A stretch of 64,000 nucleotides of DNA from Lama glama (Eukaryota): the NCBI GenBank assembly GCA_028534125.1, contig CM052816.1, positions 2,232,001 to 2,296,000 on the forward strand, written 5' to 3'. Position numbers and translations under genes: made by a program. The notes below the pieces were generated by a model. That model had not been told where the DNA came from, ran no database searches, and worked only from the letters and a program-made list of their open reading frames with translations. Every line of letters begins with the position of its first letter. The first letter of the stretch is position 1. Of the stretch, positions 12,561 through 24,386 are shown piece by piece.

Positions 12561-14689
12561 GGTTAAGTGAAGGGCAGCTTTGGGGAAACAAAAATTGAAT
12601 TAGGTTCAGCCAGGCACGGCCCCCACGGATAGTCACTGAGATTAGGCAAAGCCTCAACCCTCATAATCCCCCCAAAAGCTCACAGGCAAGTGAAGCAATC
12701 AGTTTTACGCATAGATAGCTTAAATATCAAATGACCTTGGGAAGAACCCTAAGAGAGACACTGACAGATCTTGAACACCTTAGGTGTATGGAGGAGCAAG
12801 AGAATCTGGGCTGTTTTGTTGGAAGAGGAAGAATCTTAACAAAACCTGGAAGGATGCGGGGACTTGATGAGGGAGAGAAAGGCATTGCAGACCAGAGGAA
12901 CTGCTGAGCTAAAGCTTGGAGGTTGGAGAGGACTGTCTTATTTCCCAGTGAACATGGCCATATCGTGTTTGTGGGCTCACAAAGTTATTCTGCTTTGGGA
13001 TAAAGACCGCTGTAGTTTCCAGCATGTCATTTGGGTAAAATGGAAGACGGATGAGAAAGAGCTCTCATTTACTGTTTCTTCACATTCCAGCTGAACTGGG
13101 TCTCCAGTAGGGAAAATGAATTGGGGCTGATTCTTCCCTTGATGGACAAACACGGGGAAGGATGATGGCTGTGGATGTCTCTTAGGCCACCGATGCGCCC
13201 CAGGCAGAAGTCTGACTGTATCCTCTGTGCCTGGAACTCACTGTTGAAGGAACCAGGACAACTGCCCATTTTATCTATTGTCTCCTGTCACTCACCCAGC
13301 CCCACCCCTGAGCTCATCAGGAAGGGGTTGCCTTCCATTAGAAGGGAACCAACTGCTTCGACCCCAAAAGATCTATTCAAACCAAAGGTCCTCTCCTTCC
13401 CTCTGAGCCCCCATCTTCCTGACCAGGCTTTGGATCATCTCAGTATGAAATACAGAGGCTAAATTTTTTTTCAATCTGTGTTTCAGAAAAAGGGGAGCAG
13501 AAATTCAGTCTCTACTAAATGTTTGTCATTTAAGCTTTGGTTTCTTTACCTTATTATTTCACTGCCTGGGGAAAAAAAATCAGGAGAGAGTAAAGAGCAA
13601 GTTGAGTGCCTTCCAGACTTGTTGTTTGACGATGAGTTTGTAGCTAATGGTTACTTTACTTTGGGTGGATGCATGTGTGTGTGTTCCTCCCGCCTCTTCA
13701 CGCTCTTGTGCAAGCAGGTCTGAAGAAACATTACCTGAGAAGGTGGCATGTGTCAGGCGGGTCGGCTGTTCTCTTTAAAGAATTGCAGTGTCTCAGCTTC
13801 TTAATTTCTTAGGCACTGAACTAAGGCCAGTTTACCACTAGAGACACCCAGTATAGTAGCCGGTGTCATATTACAATTAACAGTAATTCTGGTGGCTGTC
13901 ATCACTTACCCTGAACAGAGGATCTCCACAGAAGTAGGACACCGTTACGGCTGCTAATTCAAAGGCATTGTGTGAACTATGACAGACCCTGGTGCACCTT
14001 TTACTGCTTATTCAAACGAACGAAGTCTAGCGGTTTAAATGGAGTGGTGGAGGGAGAAAAAGTTTTTGCACATTTCCAGAGATGAGCCCCGGAAGGGTCA
14101 ACCTGGAGAAAAAAGTTGTGTTAAGGAAAGTAATTAAACAGAGGCAGAGAGATTGCATATTAGTGCTTTTACAGAGTAAATGAGGATAAATTCTGTTAAT
14201 TATGTGACTTTTTCTAGTACTAATGTGATAATAAAGTACTCTCATTCTGGAGAGACTTGTCACAATCCCAGCGAAAGCAGTGACCCTTCTACTAGGGGAG
14301 ACCAAGCAGTGACTTATAAAGCTTTCTAGAAGAAAGCGAGAAATCAGAAGCAAATGGATTTTATCCCCCCTACTTTCCATGTTTAGTACAGAAAACGCTG
14401 CCCAACACCGACATGAGACTGCTGGTGAATGGACCGTCTTACTGGAGGCACAAGAGCACTGTGGCTGCTTTTATGTTTAGTTCCTAAGGGAATAAATGGG
14501 AGCAATTCAAAGAGTATAAATAGCCCAGTGCAAGATTCTAGCTCAATGATTAACAGCACCAAGGAGATTATACTTAGGACGCTGGTGAAATTTCAGTCTT
14601 CAGGACTTTAATCGTATGAAACTGTATGTCATGGTGAATGAGTGGGATCTTGAGGGCCACAGAGAAATGAAGCTTGATTGTCTGCAACC

Positions 14690-15010
14690 TTATAATAATG
14701 ACGGTGGGAGCGCGGAGGAGAGAGTTTGGGGATGTTTGTTTGGGAGGGTCAGGGAAGTGCCCCTGTGCGTGTGATACTTGAACTTGGTGGTCATTGATGA
14801 TTAGTTGTTCAGGTGAGAAGGCACGGGAGAGGGAAAGAGGACGTACGCTAGGAGGAGTCGTGGCATGTGCAAAGGTGCGCCGTGGGCAAAGCAGAGAGAG
14901 TGCCGGGTGGAAGGAGAAGTGGTCCAGCGTGGGTACAACTGAGCTCGAAGGCGGCGAGTGGGAGGAAAAGGTTGCAGGGGTACATTTGGTCCAGATCATG
15001 AAGGCAAGAG
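14690..15010 (-). mobile_element. L2 LINE fragment
   Basis: 'gggtcagggaagtgcccc...gcatgtgcaaagg...ccagatcatgaagg'. Confidence 0.7.
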
Positions 15011-15174
15011 GTGCTTCGACAACAGAAGAAGGCTTCTGTTTTTTTTTATTTTTTTAAGTAGATAGACATTTGTGTAGTTTTTAGCACATGGTGTCTTTGG
15101 ACTGAGAGAAATAGGGAAGCTGCTGGTGTGTGTTGATCGCTGCATCCCCCAGGAGCACAGAGAACCTCGGCTCC

Positions 15175-15410
15175 AGCTCCAGGAGCGCAGGCTGCCCAGT
15201 TAGATCTGCATTCAGATCTCGCCTGTACTTGCCACGAGCTGTCTGCTGGTAGACAGATTGCTTCATGTCTCTGTCATCGAGCTGTTTTCTGGCCCAGAGA
15301 GTTGGGGCCAGGGTGGAGGGGGAATGGGGGAATGGAGGAGGGTCGAGTTGCCTTGAGGGTTAAGATAAAATGCGCACATAGTAACCGCTCAATAAGCATT
15401 AGCTGTGCTT
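15175..15410 (+). mobile_element. MIR SINE, diverged
   Basis: 3' end 'gcacatagtaaccgctcaataagcattagct'. Confidence 0.6.
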
Positions 15411-16244
15411 TTATTCATTGCTGTGTTTCTAAAGCAGCTCTCGGTAAAGTATTCAGCTAGGCTGCTTCGGAGCAGTCTTTCCCTTAAAAAAAAAAAAAAA
15501 CCCAACCATGATCAGAAGGAAAGTGAGATTCTGAATCATCTCACTAGAGATTGCATGCACACTTGATCTTGTATATAGTTCAGTGAAGAATACAAGAAAT
15601 GTCACATTTTCCCAGGCTGTTCCCTTTGAGAACAACTTATCATCATCATTATCTTTGTAAGAGAAGAGCTTTCTTAAGACTCGAAACCCTATATGGGTTC
15701 AGGGAAGTGGGCTGTTTGGCTGGGAGTGAACACACCCTGGGCTTCAGGTGGGCTCACTGCTCTGTCTCCACAGCTCTTGGTTTGGGTGGGGAGATTGCGA
15801 CAGGTTTCAATCAGAGGCCCCTCGGTTATGTAGGCAGGGCAGCCATTGGCAGGAGCATCCCGGAGGGAGAAGACTTAGGGGCATCAACTGTAGCCTTTCA
15901 CACCCACCTGCAACTTCTCTGCTTTCTGTTAGTAAGGAAGCTATTCATTTATCCCCATTTTACTTACCTCTCCCATGTTGTACAAGTCTTTGCTCCAGAA
16001 TTAAGAATCTAGCCTTGAGTCAACTGGGAAAGACATTAAAGGTCAAATATGTGCATTTGGGGTGGGATGTGGGGGTCCCATCATGGTCTCATTTCAGCAA
16101 ATGGCCCTTAAATACATCTGGGGCAGGATTTATTTTCATCAGTCGCTCCTTGAGGGGATCTGATCAGACGTGCTGGGTAGAAAGTCCTGTTGTTTCATCA
16201 CTATTAAAAGTTAGGGAAATCAGCAAATTCGGAATCCCTCAGGT

Positions 16245-16520
16245 GTTTATTCATTCACTTACTTGTTCACTCATTCAGCAAATATTTGACTGGCAGACAT
16301 CAAGCCCTATTGTAGACTCTGGGTGAGAAAGACAGTGATGGGGACTGAAGGGGATGCTGAGGTGGGATGCAGAGAAGGCATCCCTGGGGAGGTGATGTCT
16401 AAGGGAGAGCTGAAGGATGAGAGAGAAGTGGGCCAGGTCATTCCAGAGCCCAGGATGAGGCAGAGTTTGGCATGTCTGTGGGAGTGGAAGGAAGCCCCCA
16501 AGGCTGGGGTCGGAGCAGGG
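16245..16520 (-). mobile_element. L2 LINE 3' end
   Basis: 'ttcattcacttacttgttcactcattcagcaaatatttga' reverse L2 tail. Confidence 0.75.
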
Positions 16521-16640
16521 CTGCCACTAGCCAGCTGGGTGCCTTTGGCCATGCTGCTTGACCTCTTTGAGCCTCGGAAGAGTAATCCATCCAATGGGGG
16601 CAACACTACCCACCCCTCACACAGCCTTTGAGAGATTTTT
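16521..16640 (+). mobile_element. MIR fragment
   Basis: 'ctgccactagccagctgggtgcctttggcc...acctctttgagcctc'. Confidence 0.6.
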
Positions 16641-16919
16641 GGAAGAGCAGTTGGAAGAATAGTCAGAAAAGAAATTATTTTTTTTTTAAGTGAAGCATAG
16701 TTTAAAAAGTACACCTTGTTAGTTTTTCCATTACCAATTTAGCGAACTATTGTGCATAGAACTTAGCTCAAGTTTGAATACCTGCTTACCATCCAAGGAG
16801 ATTTATCCCCTAATATAACAGAAGCCCGCACTTTATCACAGAGTTTCTCTTTTAACTTGATCCTTCAAGGGGAGGCAGCGAGCCCTCCACCTCAGCCTTG
16901 CTCTCTGTTGTGAACTCTA

Positions 16920-17105
16920 TCCTGGCTTCAGGTCCTGGTTCTGCTGCTTATGGTCTGCATGAGACCTTGGGCTCTTTTACCACCCTCTCTGGCCTCAGCG
17001 TGTTCATCTGTGAAATGGGGATATTAATAGACCCTACCTAATGGGATGTGTCAGGACTCACTGGGCTGGTTCCTGTAATGCCCAGTGCCTGGCACATGCT
17101 GAGTG
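16920..17105 (+). mobile_element. MIR SINE
   Basis: Core 'gcctcagcgtgttcatctgtgaaatggggatattaata'. Confidence 0.85.
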
Positions 17106-17755
17106 AAGTGGGGGCTCTCTAGGCGAACACAGGGGTGACTCCCGTGCCCAGGAGGCCTGGCCACGTTCATGTGGCCTCCCATTAAATGTAAGAAGGGCGG
17201 AGACTTGCTTGCACAGTGTTGGCAGTGTCTTCAACAGAGAAACTTCCAAACTGCTGACTTTCCAGGCCACAGACTCCTCAGAAGCCAACAGGAAGGCACC
17301 AAGTCAGGTGCTCTGCTTCCTGTGTGGTTAATTGGTTGTAAAAATGCTACTAAAACGTACTGCTTCTGATTGAATTAAGCGCCCTAGGAAATCCAGCTGT
17401 GAACAGGTGGGCATGGGCGGTTTTCCCTGTGTCTGTGTTCCTGTCTGTGGACCACCTCATGCTGGTAAATACGCTTCTGGGCACAGCTACTTTCCCTAAC
17501 TTCTTCCTTCACCCAACGTGTCAGCTGCCAAAGGTCTGGGAGGAAAGCAAGCTTTAGTACACTTGGATTTCAGGTGAGAAGAATTCTCAAAGACAGCAAG
17601 CCAGAACATGCTGGTACCGCCAGTGCCAAAGTTACTTTTGTTTATTTAAAAAGCGGAGTCCCATTTAGGGGGCCCCAGGGCTCCTCCTTACATCATTATT
17701 TTTTGAAATCAAAAGATGGGCCCATTGGATTTCTTGTTTTGTTTATTTGAGTCCA

Positions 17756-18125
17756 GACATAGAGATGATCATACTAAGGGAAGTAAGTCAAACAGAGAAA
17801 GACAAATATCATATGATATCAATTATATGTGGAATTTAAAAAAAATGGCACAAATGAGTTTACTTACAAAACAGAAACGGACACACAGACATTGAAACCA
17901 AACCTATGGTTACCAAAGGGGAAGATGCGGGAGGGATAAATTAGGAGGTTGGGATTAGCAGATACAAAAGACCATGTACAAAGCAGATAAACAACATGGT
18001 CCTAATGCACAGCACAGGAAATTATATTCAGTAGCTTCTAATAACCTATAATGAAGAAGAATATATATACACATATATCTGAATCTTCAATGCTGTACAC
18101 CAGAAACTAACCCAACATTGTAACT
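17756..18125 (+). mobile_element. Artiodactyl L1 3' UTR fragment, no poly-A tail
   Basis: 'catactaagggaagtaagtcaaacagagaaagacaaatatcatatgatatc...atggttaccaaagggg...gctgtacaccagaaactaacccaacattgtaa'. Confidence 0.88.
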
Positions 18126-18193
18126 CCCCAGGAAGCCCTGCTCTGGCCTCATAGACAAATGAGTTGCTGCTACTTTGATTATTAAAGTTTAGA

Positions 18194-18491
18194 GCAAGAG
18201 ACGCAAACTGGGACTCCACCCCCAGATCTGTTTTAGTGGGTCCTCATATCACCTGGAAGATTGGTAAACTTCACACTTAACGACATGTATTTCCAGCTTC
18301 TCTTGGAATGGGAAGCTCTGGCAACACTGTCCCCAAGTTTCCCGATGGAGTCACTTAGGCTGGAGGAGAGTGAGGCTGCCCGTGTAGACCAGACGTTCTC
18401 ATTCTCTCTTCAGTTCCTACAGGTCCTCGTCCTGTCTGTGGTTTTACTTGTAACCTAGTGTACTCATTGGTGTTAACCTGCCTGGAGAGAT
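18194..18491 (+). mobile_element. MER102-like hAT-Charlie element
   Basis: 'atttccagcttctcttggaatgggaagctctggcaacactg...ttaacctgcctgg'. Confidence 0.7.
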
Positions 18492-18640
18492 NNNNNNNNN
18501 NNNNNNNNNNNNNNNNNNNNNNNNNNNNNNNNNNNNNNNNNNNNNNNNNNNNNNNNNNNNNNNNNNNNNNNNNNNNNNNNNNNNNNNNNNNNNNNNNNNN
18601 NNNNNNNNNNNNNNNNNNNNNNNNNNNNNNNNNNNNNNNN
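18492..18640. other. N-run, 149 nt
   Basis: Direct reading. Confidence 0.95.
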
Positions 18641-18649
18641 AGAAGAGGC

Positions 18650-19285
18650 CACAGGATATTGAAATTGAACAGCCTGAAAATTACTAGGGCTCAACAAAAT
18701 AGAATATTCTCTCTCTTTCCCATGTACTTTTTGGGGACCCTCCTTTCTGCCACCTTCGCAGCTTCATCATTCTGGCATCTCCGTCTCCACGTGCCTCCTC
18801 CTTTCTTGGAGGGCATCGTATGGTGTGAGCCTTCCCTGCATTCTCTCTCCCTCTGCTTAACAGAGTTTCCTCCTCCTTTGATCTCTGTTAGGGGGGATAT
18901 TAGTGGATTACATTTTGTTATGGATTCATCTCAAAGAACAGAATTTCCCAGCAAACCCAGCTTCACATTTTTCCAGGTTCAGCTCTAGTAGAATGGAGCC
19001 CATGTCTGTTTTTTGCCACTCAAAGAGAAGTCCTGCAACTAGCTTGGGCTAGGCCTAATTGGCTTGACTTGGATCACATGCTCATCTCTAAAGCAATCAT
19101 TTAGTTGGAGATTGCGATGCCATGACTGGCCAGGCCTGGGTCACAGGCACTGCTCTGGCCAGGCGTGGAATGACTTCATGCTGCTGAAATACAAGAACTC
19201 TTGAGTGAGAACAAGGAAGTTCTTCAAAAGAAGAGTGGATGGTTGTTATCCAAATTAGGGGAAAATGCATTCTGGGCAGTCAACT
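18650..19285 (-). mobile_element. MLT1K-like ERVL-MaLR LTR
   Basis: 'attggcttgacttggatcacatgctcatctctaaagcaatca...gactggccaggcctgggtcaca'. Confidence 0.65.
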
Positions 19286-19292
19286 CAGAGAA

Positions 19293-19426
19293 TCCTTCCA
19301 CACTCTTGTGAAAACTCTGGACCCATTCTCCAGGAAAAAAAAGTGTGTATAAAACTTTAGAAGCAATGTTGAGGTGTTCGAGAACCCCATGTAGACCATC
19401 CGTTGACTCTAGGTTAAGAATATCTG
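19293..19426. mobile_element. Charlie4z-like hAT MITE
   Basis: 'aaaactctggacccattctccaggaaaaaa...aggttaagaatatctg'. Confidence 0.6.
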
Positions 19427-19975
19427 GCCTAGATAATTTCACAATTCTTATCCCATTTTACCAAATGATCAACCAACCTTTGTAAAGGACAAGAGTAAAA
19501 GCTTCTTTGGAGTTTTGTTTCCAGTCTTTCTGGTTTAAACTAAAGCTGTTTAAGAGTGATGTGTTGGGAGGGGAGGGCAAGGGAGTGTGACCTATGAGCT
19601 ACAAAAGCACCCTCAGAAAGTCTAAATTATGTTATTGTTCATCTGCAATATTGCTTTAGTTTCATTTTCCATCAGCATTCTTATGATATCATGAGAAATA
19701 GTGCTTAATAATGTGTCAGACTCTATTTTGCATTACGATTTTAAAATGATACATTTCTTCTTATATTTTTATGGACTGGAACACACAGAGTTATTGGATC
19801 ACCCATAATATAAACTGGAATCATTTGGAGCTCATGAGATTATTGTCAGTGCTCTGGGGCCGTGGTGCTCGCCGTTCATTTTTATTTGGAGACTGATCCT
19901 GAGCTTGAGATCCAAATTAAGGAGTCACTTGTTTTTGTCTGAACTTCGCTTGTGTGGCGTGTTGGAATGCAGTAC

Positions 19976-19996
19976 TTTTTTTTTTTTTTTTTTTTT
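19976..19996. repeat. Poly-T (21)
   Basis: Direct reading. Confidence 0.9.
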
Positions 19997-20694
19997 AGTG
20001 AAAGCCATTGCTCAAATTAAATTCATTATCCTCCGTGGTGTGTGAGCCTGGAGGATGGCAGGCAACACACAGTGAGACTGGGCCCGGGAAGGATGAGTCC
20101 AGAAAAGTAAGCAGACAAGTGGAGGGAGATTTTTTTTTTAAAGGGTGATGATGGTTTAAATAAGTTTCAAAATAATTTTCCTCCAAGGAAGAGTCCTTGC
20201 TTTTCTCATGGGGAACAGCTTCTTCACCCGATGCCTGTATCTTTTCTTTCTTTTTTGGTAGAAAAGTGAGCTTGTCTCTTTTCCTTAGTAAAAATTTGTC
20301 AAGATAATCTGATTTCTTTGGCAACCAGGAACTCCCTTCTTTCTCTGTGGCTTACGTTGGGCAGGAGGTGGGATGGGTGAGTGAATTCAAATTTTCTGTT
20401 TACTCGGAGGTGATTTGACTAAGATTTTGCAGTAAGTTTCAGTGACACGTGATTAGATGTCCATCCCTTCTGTGCTTCACTATTTCTGGTATGTAACTCC
20501 ATCACTACATGCATGTATCCCATGGGATTGACTTGACTGTTAACCCTTAAAAAATAAATTAGATATCAAGGCTCAAGATTCATTGTATGTCCAAATTATT
20601 TGAGTACCTTACCCCCTAACCTACTCCCTTCAGGACAAGTTTCCCAGATAATCTGATGCAGGTGGCCTGCAAAATGCACCTTGATGAGTTTTCC

Positions 20695-20795
20695 TAAGAG
20701 CAGGGGTGAAGTGTCTCTGCTTGTGCTCGGCACATAGTAGGTGCTTAGTAAAAATGTACTGAATGAAAGGCGGACCAAGTGAATTAATGGATGGC
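20695..20795 (+). mobile_element. L2 3' tail
   Basis: 'ggcacatagtaggtgcttagtaaaaatgtactgaatgaa'. Confidence 0.7.
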
Positions 20796-21419
20796 TTAAA
20801 GAACAAGGCTGAACCAGGACAGCAAATCATCAAGAGCTTCAACCACTGGGTTTCAGCAAAGTCGTCAAAGGGTCTGTGGCATTGTGGAGAGAGGAGATCC
20901 ATTTCGCACTATTAGTTCCATGACCTTTATCTCCCTTTGGGTTTATGCTTAAATGTTTAAGGACAATGGCAGGTTTAACTTAAATATACTATTTTCAGAT
21001 GTGACATTGAGGAATTTTGAAGTTGGAAATTGAGGACACCAAGGGTGTGGAATCTGCCCCACTGGTACTGTTTTATGAATTATGCATATGCGAAACTAAT
21101 AAATGATCTATCTCTTACAGAGTGGGAGATGGATAGCTCTTAACTGTCCTCGTTTGAATTAACTGGCAAATCTTAGAGCCGAAAGACTTTGGCAAAGACA
21201 CTCATTATTTTTTGCTCCTAATTTATCCATTGCAAAATAGGAGCAGCATTCTGTAGGTCCTCTGCTGAATGATACTTCAATTCTTAACAAAAAATAAGTT
21301 GTTTGTCTTTTCTTAAAGTAATGCCTAGTCAGAGACAATTCAGAAAATACACAAAAAGCGGGCAAAAGGAAGGAATAATCTTTGTGCTATAATTCAGCAT
21401 TGATGGCCATTAATATTAA

Positions 21420-21850
21420 CAGTCAGTCAAGATGGATATTGTCTAAATACAGCTGTACTGGATGCTGTGGGGAACAGAAAGGCACTCTGCAGGTGTCTGT
21501 AGTGCTGTGGAGGGGCAGACAGTTACTCAGGTAACGGGACTACAAGATGGGAAAGCCAAGTGTGGCAAGACCTGGGACGGAATGGAGGAGGAAGAGATTC
21601 ATTCTAGTTGGGGTTCTTGGGAAGTTTCCTGGGCTCAGTACATCTCAGCTGCTCCTGGAAGGATAAGTAGGATTATGGGAAGCCGAGATGGTGTGGGGGT
21701 GGGCAAGGCATTTCAGACCCAAGACTGCAGCCTGTGGCGAAAGCAGCAAGGGAACTTCATGTCCAGGGCATGGGGTTTAACTCGATGTGACTGAAGCAAA
21801 GAATGCTGGAAGGTGAAGAGGAGGGGACCGATGTACCTGGAAAGGTAAAG
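21420..21850 (-). mobile_element. L2 LINE fragment
   Basis: Antisense L2 purine-rich pattern. Confidence 0.55.
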
Positions 21851-21879
21851 GTTTGGTGTTAATAGGAACTTTGAAAGAT

Positions 21880-22372
21880 CTCAGCCATAAAAAGGAATAA
21901 AATAATGCCATTTGTAACAACATGGATGGACCTGGAGATTGTCATTCTAAGTGAAGTAAGCCAGAAAGAGAAAGAGAAATACCATATGATACCACTTATA
22001 TCTGGAATCCCCCCCCCCAAAAAAAAGACAAATGAATTTATTTACAAAACAGAAACAGACTCATGGACATAGAAAATAAACTTATGGTTACCAGGGGGGA
22101 AAGGGGTGGGAAAGGGTAAACTGGGAGTTTAAGATTTGCAGATACTAACTACTATATATATAATAGATAAACAAGTTTATACTGTATAGCACGGGGAACT
22201 GTATTTGATGTCTTGTAGTAACTTATGGTGTAACAGAATATGAAAATGAATATATGTATATTCATGTATGACTGAAGCACTTTGCTGCACACCAGAAATT
22301 GATACAACATTGTAAACTGACTATATGTCAATTAAAAATATATATAAAATATATATACTAAAAAGAAAAAAG
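21880..22372 (+). mobile_element. Camelid L1 3' end with A-rich tail
   Basis: 'tcagccataaaaaggaataaaataatgccatttg...catggatggacctggagattgtc...gatacaacattgtaaactgac'; highly similar to 58658-59077. Confidence 0.92.
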
Positions 22373-23314
22373 ACACCCCAATTGCCCCAGCTGGACCACC
22401 CACAACAGATTAATACTTTATGAGTATTCAACCTTTCTTGGTAATTACTCAAAAACCCCATCGCCCGCAGAGTCAATTTTTTTTTTTCCTGGAAGTTCAA
22501 TTTTAAGTGCTTTCCTTAAAAATGAAAGATTATTTTTGTTTTGGAGAAAAACTTGAACCAAAAATCATTGCGATCTTAGTATACCTGGTATTAAGGGAAC
22601 AGAACTGATACATGGTTGGCTGTCTGGGAATATTTCTTGAGTGAATGAATGACACTGAGCGTTTATACTTCAGAAAGTCTTTTAAAAAAAATAGTGAGTT
22701 GGGTGTTCAGAAAACCCCTACATGTTTCGGTTACCGTGGATTTGAACTTCTTGATCTTCCTCTATCACCTCCATAGGGGAAATTAATAGCGAAACTCTGA
22801 GTCCGTAGGAGGAAAAGTGAAATTGTAACAGCAGATTCTAAATGAGTCTGCTTTTAAATTTTAAACACATGGGTATTAAACAGAGGGATATTAAAAGCCT
22901 TTCATTTTCAGCCTGTGGTTTTCTGTCTGAAAGAAAGACATTCAGAGGTATGGTGACTTGTGGAACTGGTAACCACAGGTAGCAAAATTAAATCCCTACG
23001 GTGATGCTCATTGGCTCCTCCCGAGGGGCCCAGATTACACTGGCCTTGCTTTGGCACATGGTTCTCTGAACTTGGCTTGGCTGTGTTACCAGACCCACTG
23101 GTCTTTTATTACGGTTAAAATGCATTTGAAATAGGCGAAAGCGTTCATTTGCAAAACTGAAACACAGTAATTTATACTTGGGAATATTCTAGTGTTAACC
23201 AGAAATACGCATGCTGACTTCAGCTCTAATCTTGAATGAATCTGGTGATGCCCATAAGAGCAGAGCCAGATATGGCCAGCGATCATACTCCTATAATAAA
23301 TATATAACATACCC

Positions 23315-23550
23315 AGGAGTGTCGTTTCATGGATGTGGGTTTTAGAGGCAAACTGCCCACAGTCAAATCCCAGCTCCACCACTTACTATTTGGGAGGAAA
23401 CCTTGGGCAAATTATATAACCTTTTAGGAGTGTTATCGATAAAATCAGGATAGAGGTAATGCTGCAAATGGTCGTTGTGAAGAATGAATGAATGAATGCA
23501 CGGAAAGCTCTCCGAACAGGGCCTTGCACGTGGTAAACTCACGTGTCTGC
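23315..23550 (+). mobile_element. MIR SINE
   Basis: 'tcaaatcccagctccaccacttactatttgggaggaaaccttgggcaaattat'. Confidence 0.85.
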
Positions 23551-24308
23551 TCCAGCAGCTAGCAAGTTGGCGTGTTGTGGTTCTTCCTGCCTCACCTTTT
23601 ATGCCTGGCTCTGTGGGACCGGTCACTGCTATTGAAGCAAAGTTGCCATTGCACTTGCCTCTTTTCCAGCCTGGGGAAGGATTTGCACGAGGGACTCAGG
23701 TTTCCAAGACCCGATGCCTGTCTCAGATCCCGTCCCTGGCTCTGCAGGAACTCTGGGCTGCGTGATTCCTTGCGGATCGCGATCCTTGTGACAGAAACAG
23801 TTTAAGACAAATGCATCCTCAGTCTGCGTAGCCCGGAAAAGGACAAGCCCTTGGGTTTGTTATCTGCCTCGTTCCTGCTACGTATCAAACTGTTAGGATG
23901 ACTCTGAATGTCTGCCCAAGGCCGGGGTCTGTACCTCAATACACTTGGCGTTAGAGTAATCTTTGTAAGAGAGTATCCCTGAACACGAACGCCGTCTCTC
24001 CGACACCCACTTCTGCAGTCTCTGGATGTGTGATACTTTCTCGTTTAATTCCCGCTCGCACTGGCAGCAGTTGGTGTTAAGCTACAGCTCCCTTGCTCTC
24101 AGTTCTCTTCTCCGTGTCATTTCTAGAACATTGCATTTCATTCTTTTCCCACTGGCCGCTGGTTACTTGTCCTCCACTCTCTCCTTTTACTATCCTAGGG
24201 CTTCTGTCCACCTTTCAGATTTGACTTCAAGCCAGAGGAGACCCATTTGCTGTGAGTTCCTTAAAATTATTTTTAAATTCTTTACTCTGCTGTTAGGCTA
24301 TCCCAGCA

Positions 24309-24386
24309 CATCATCATCATCATCATCATCATCATCACCATTATTGTTGTTGTTGTTGTTGTTGTTATTATTATTATTATTATTAT
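24309..24386. repeat. Compound trinucleotide microsatellite (CAT)9-CAC-CAT-TAT-(TGT)7-(TAT)7
   Basis: Direct reading. Confidence 0.95.

Noticed and set aside
15599-16326. 137-aa and 192-aa ORFs
   Set aside because: No domain, and the longer one runs into an L2 tail.
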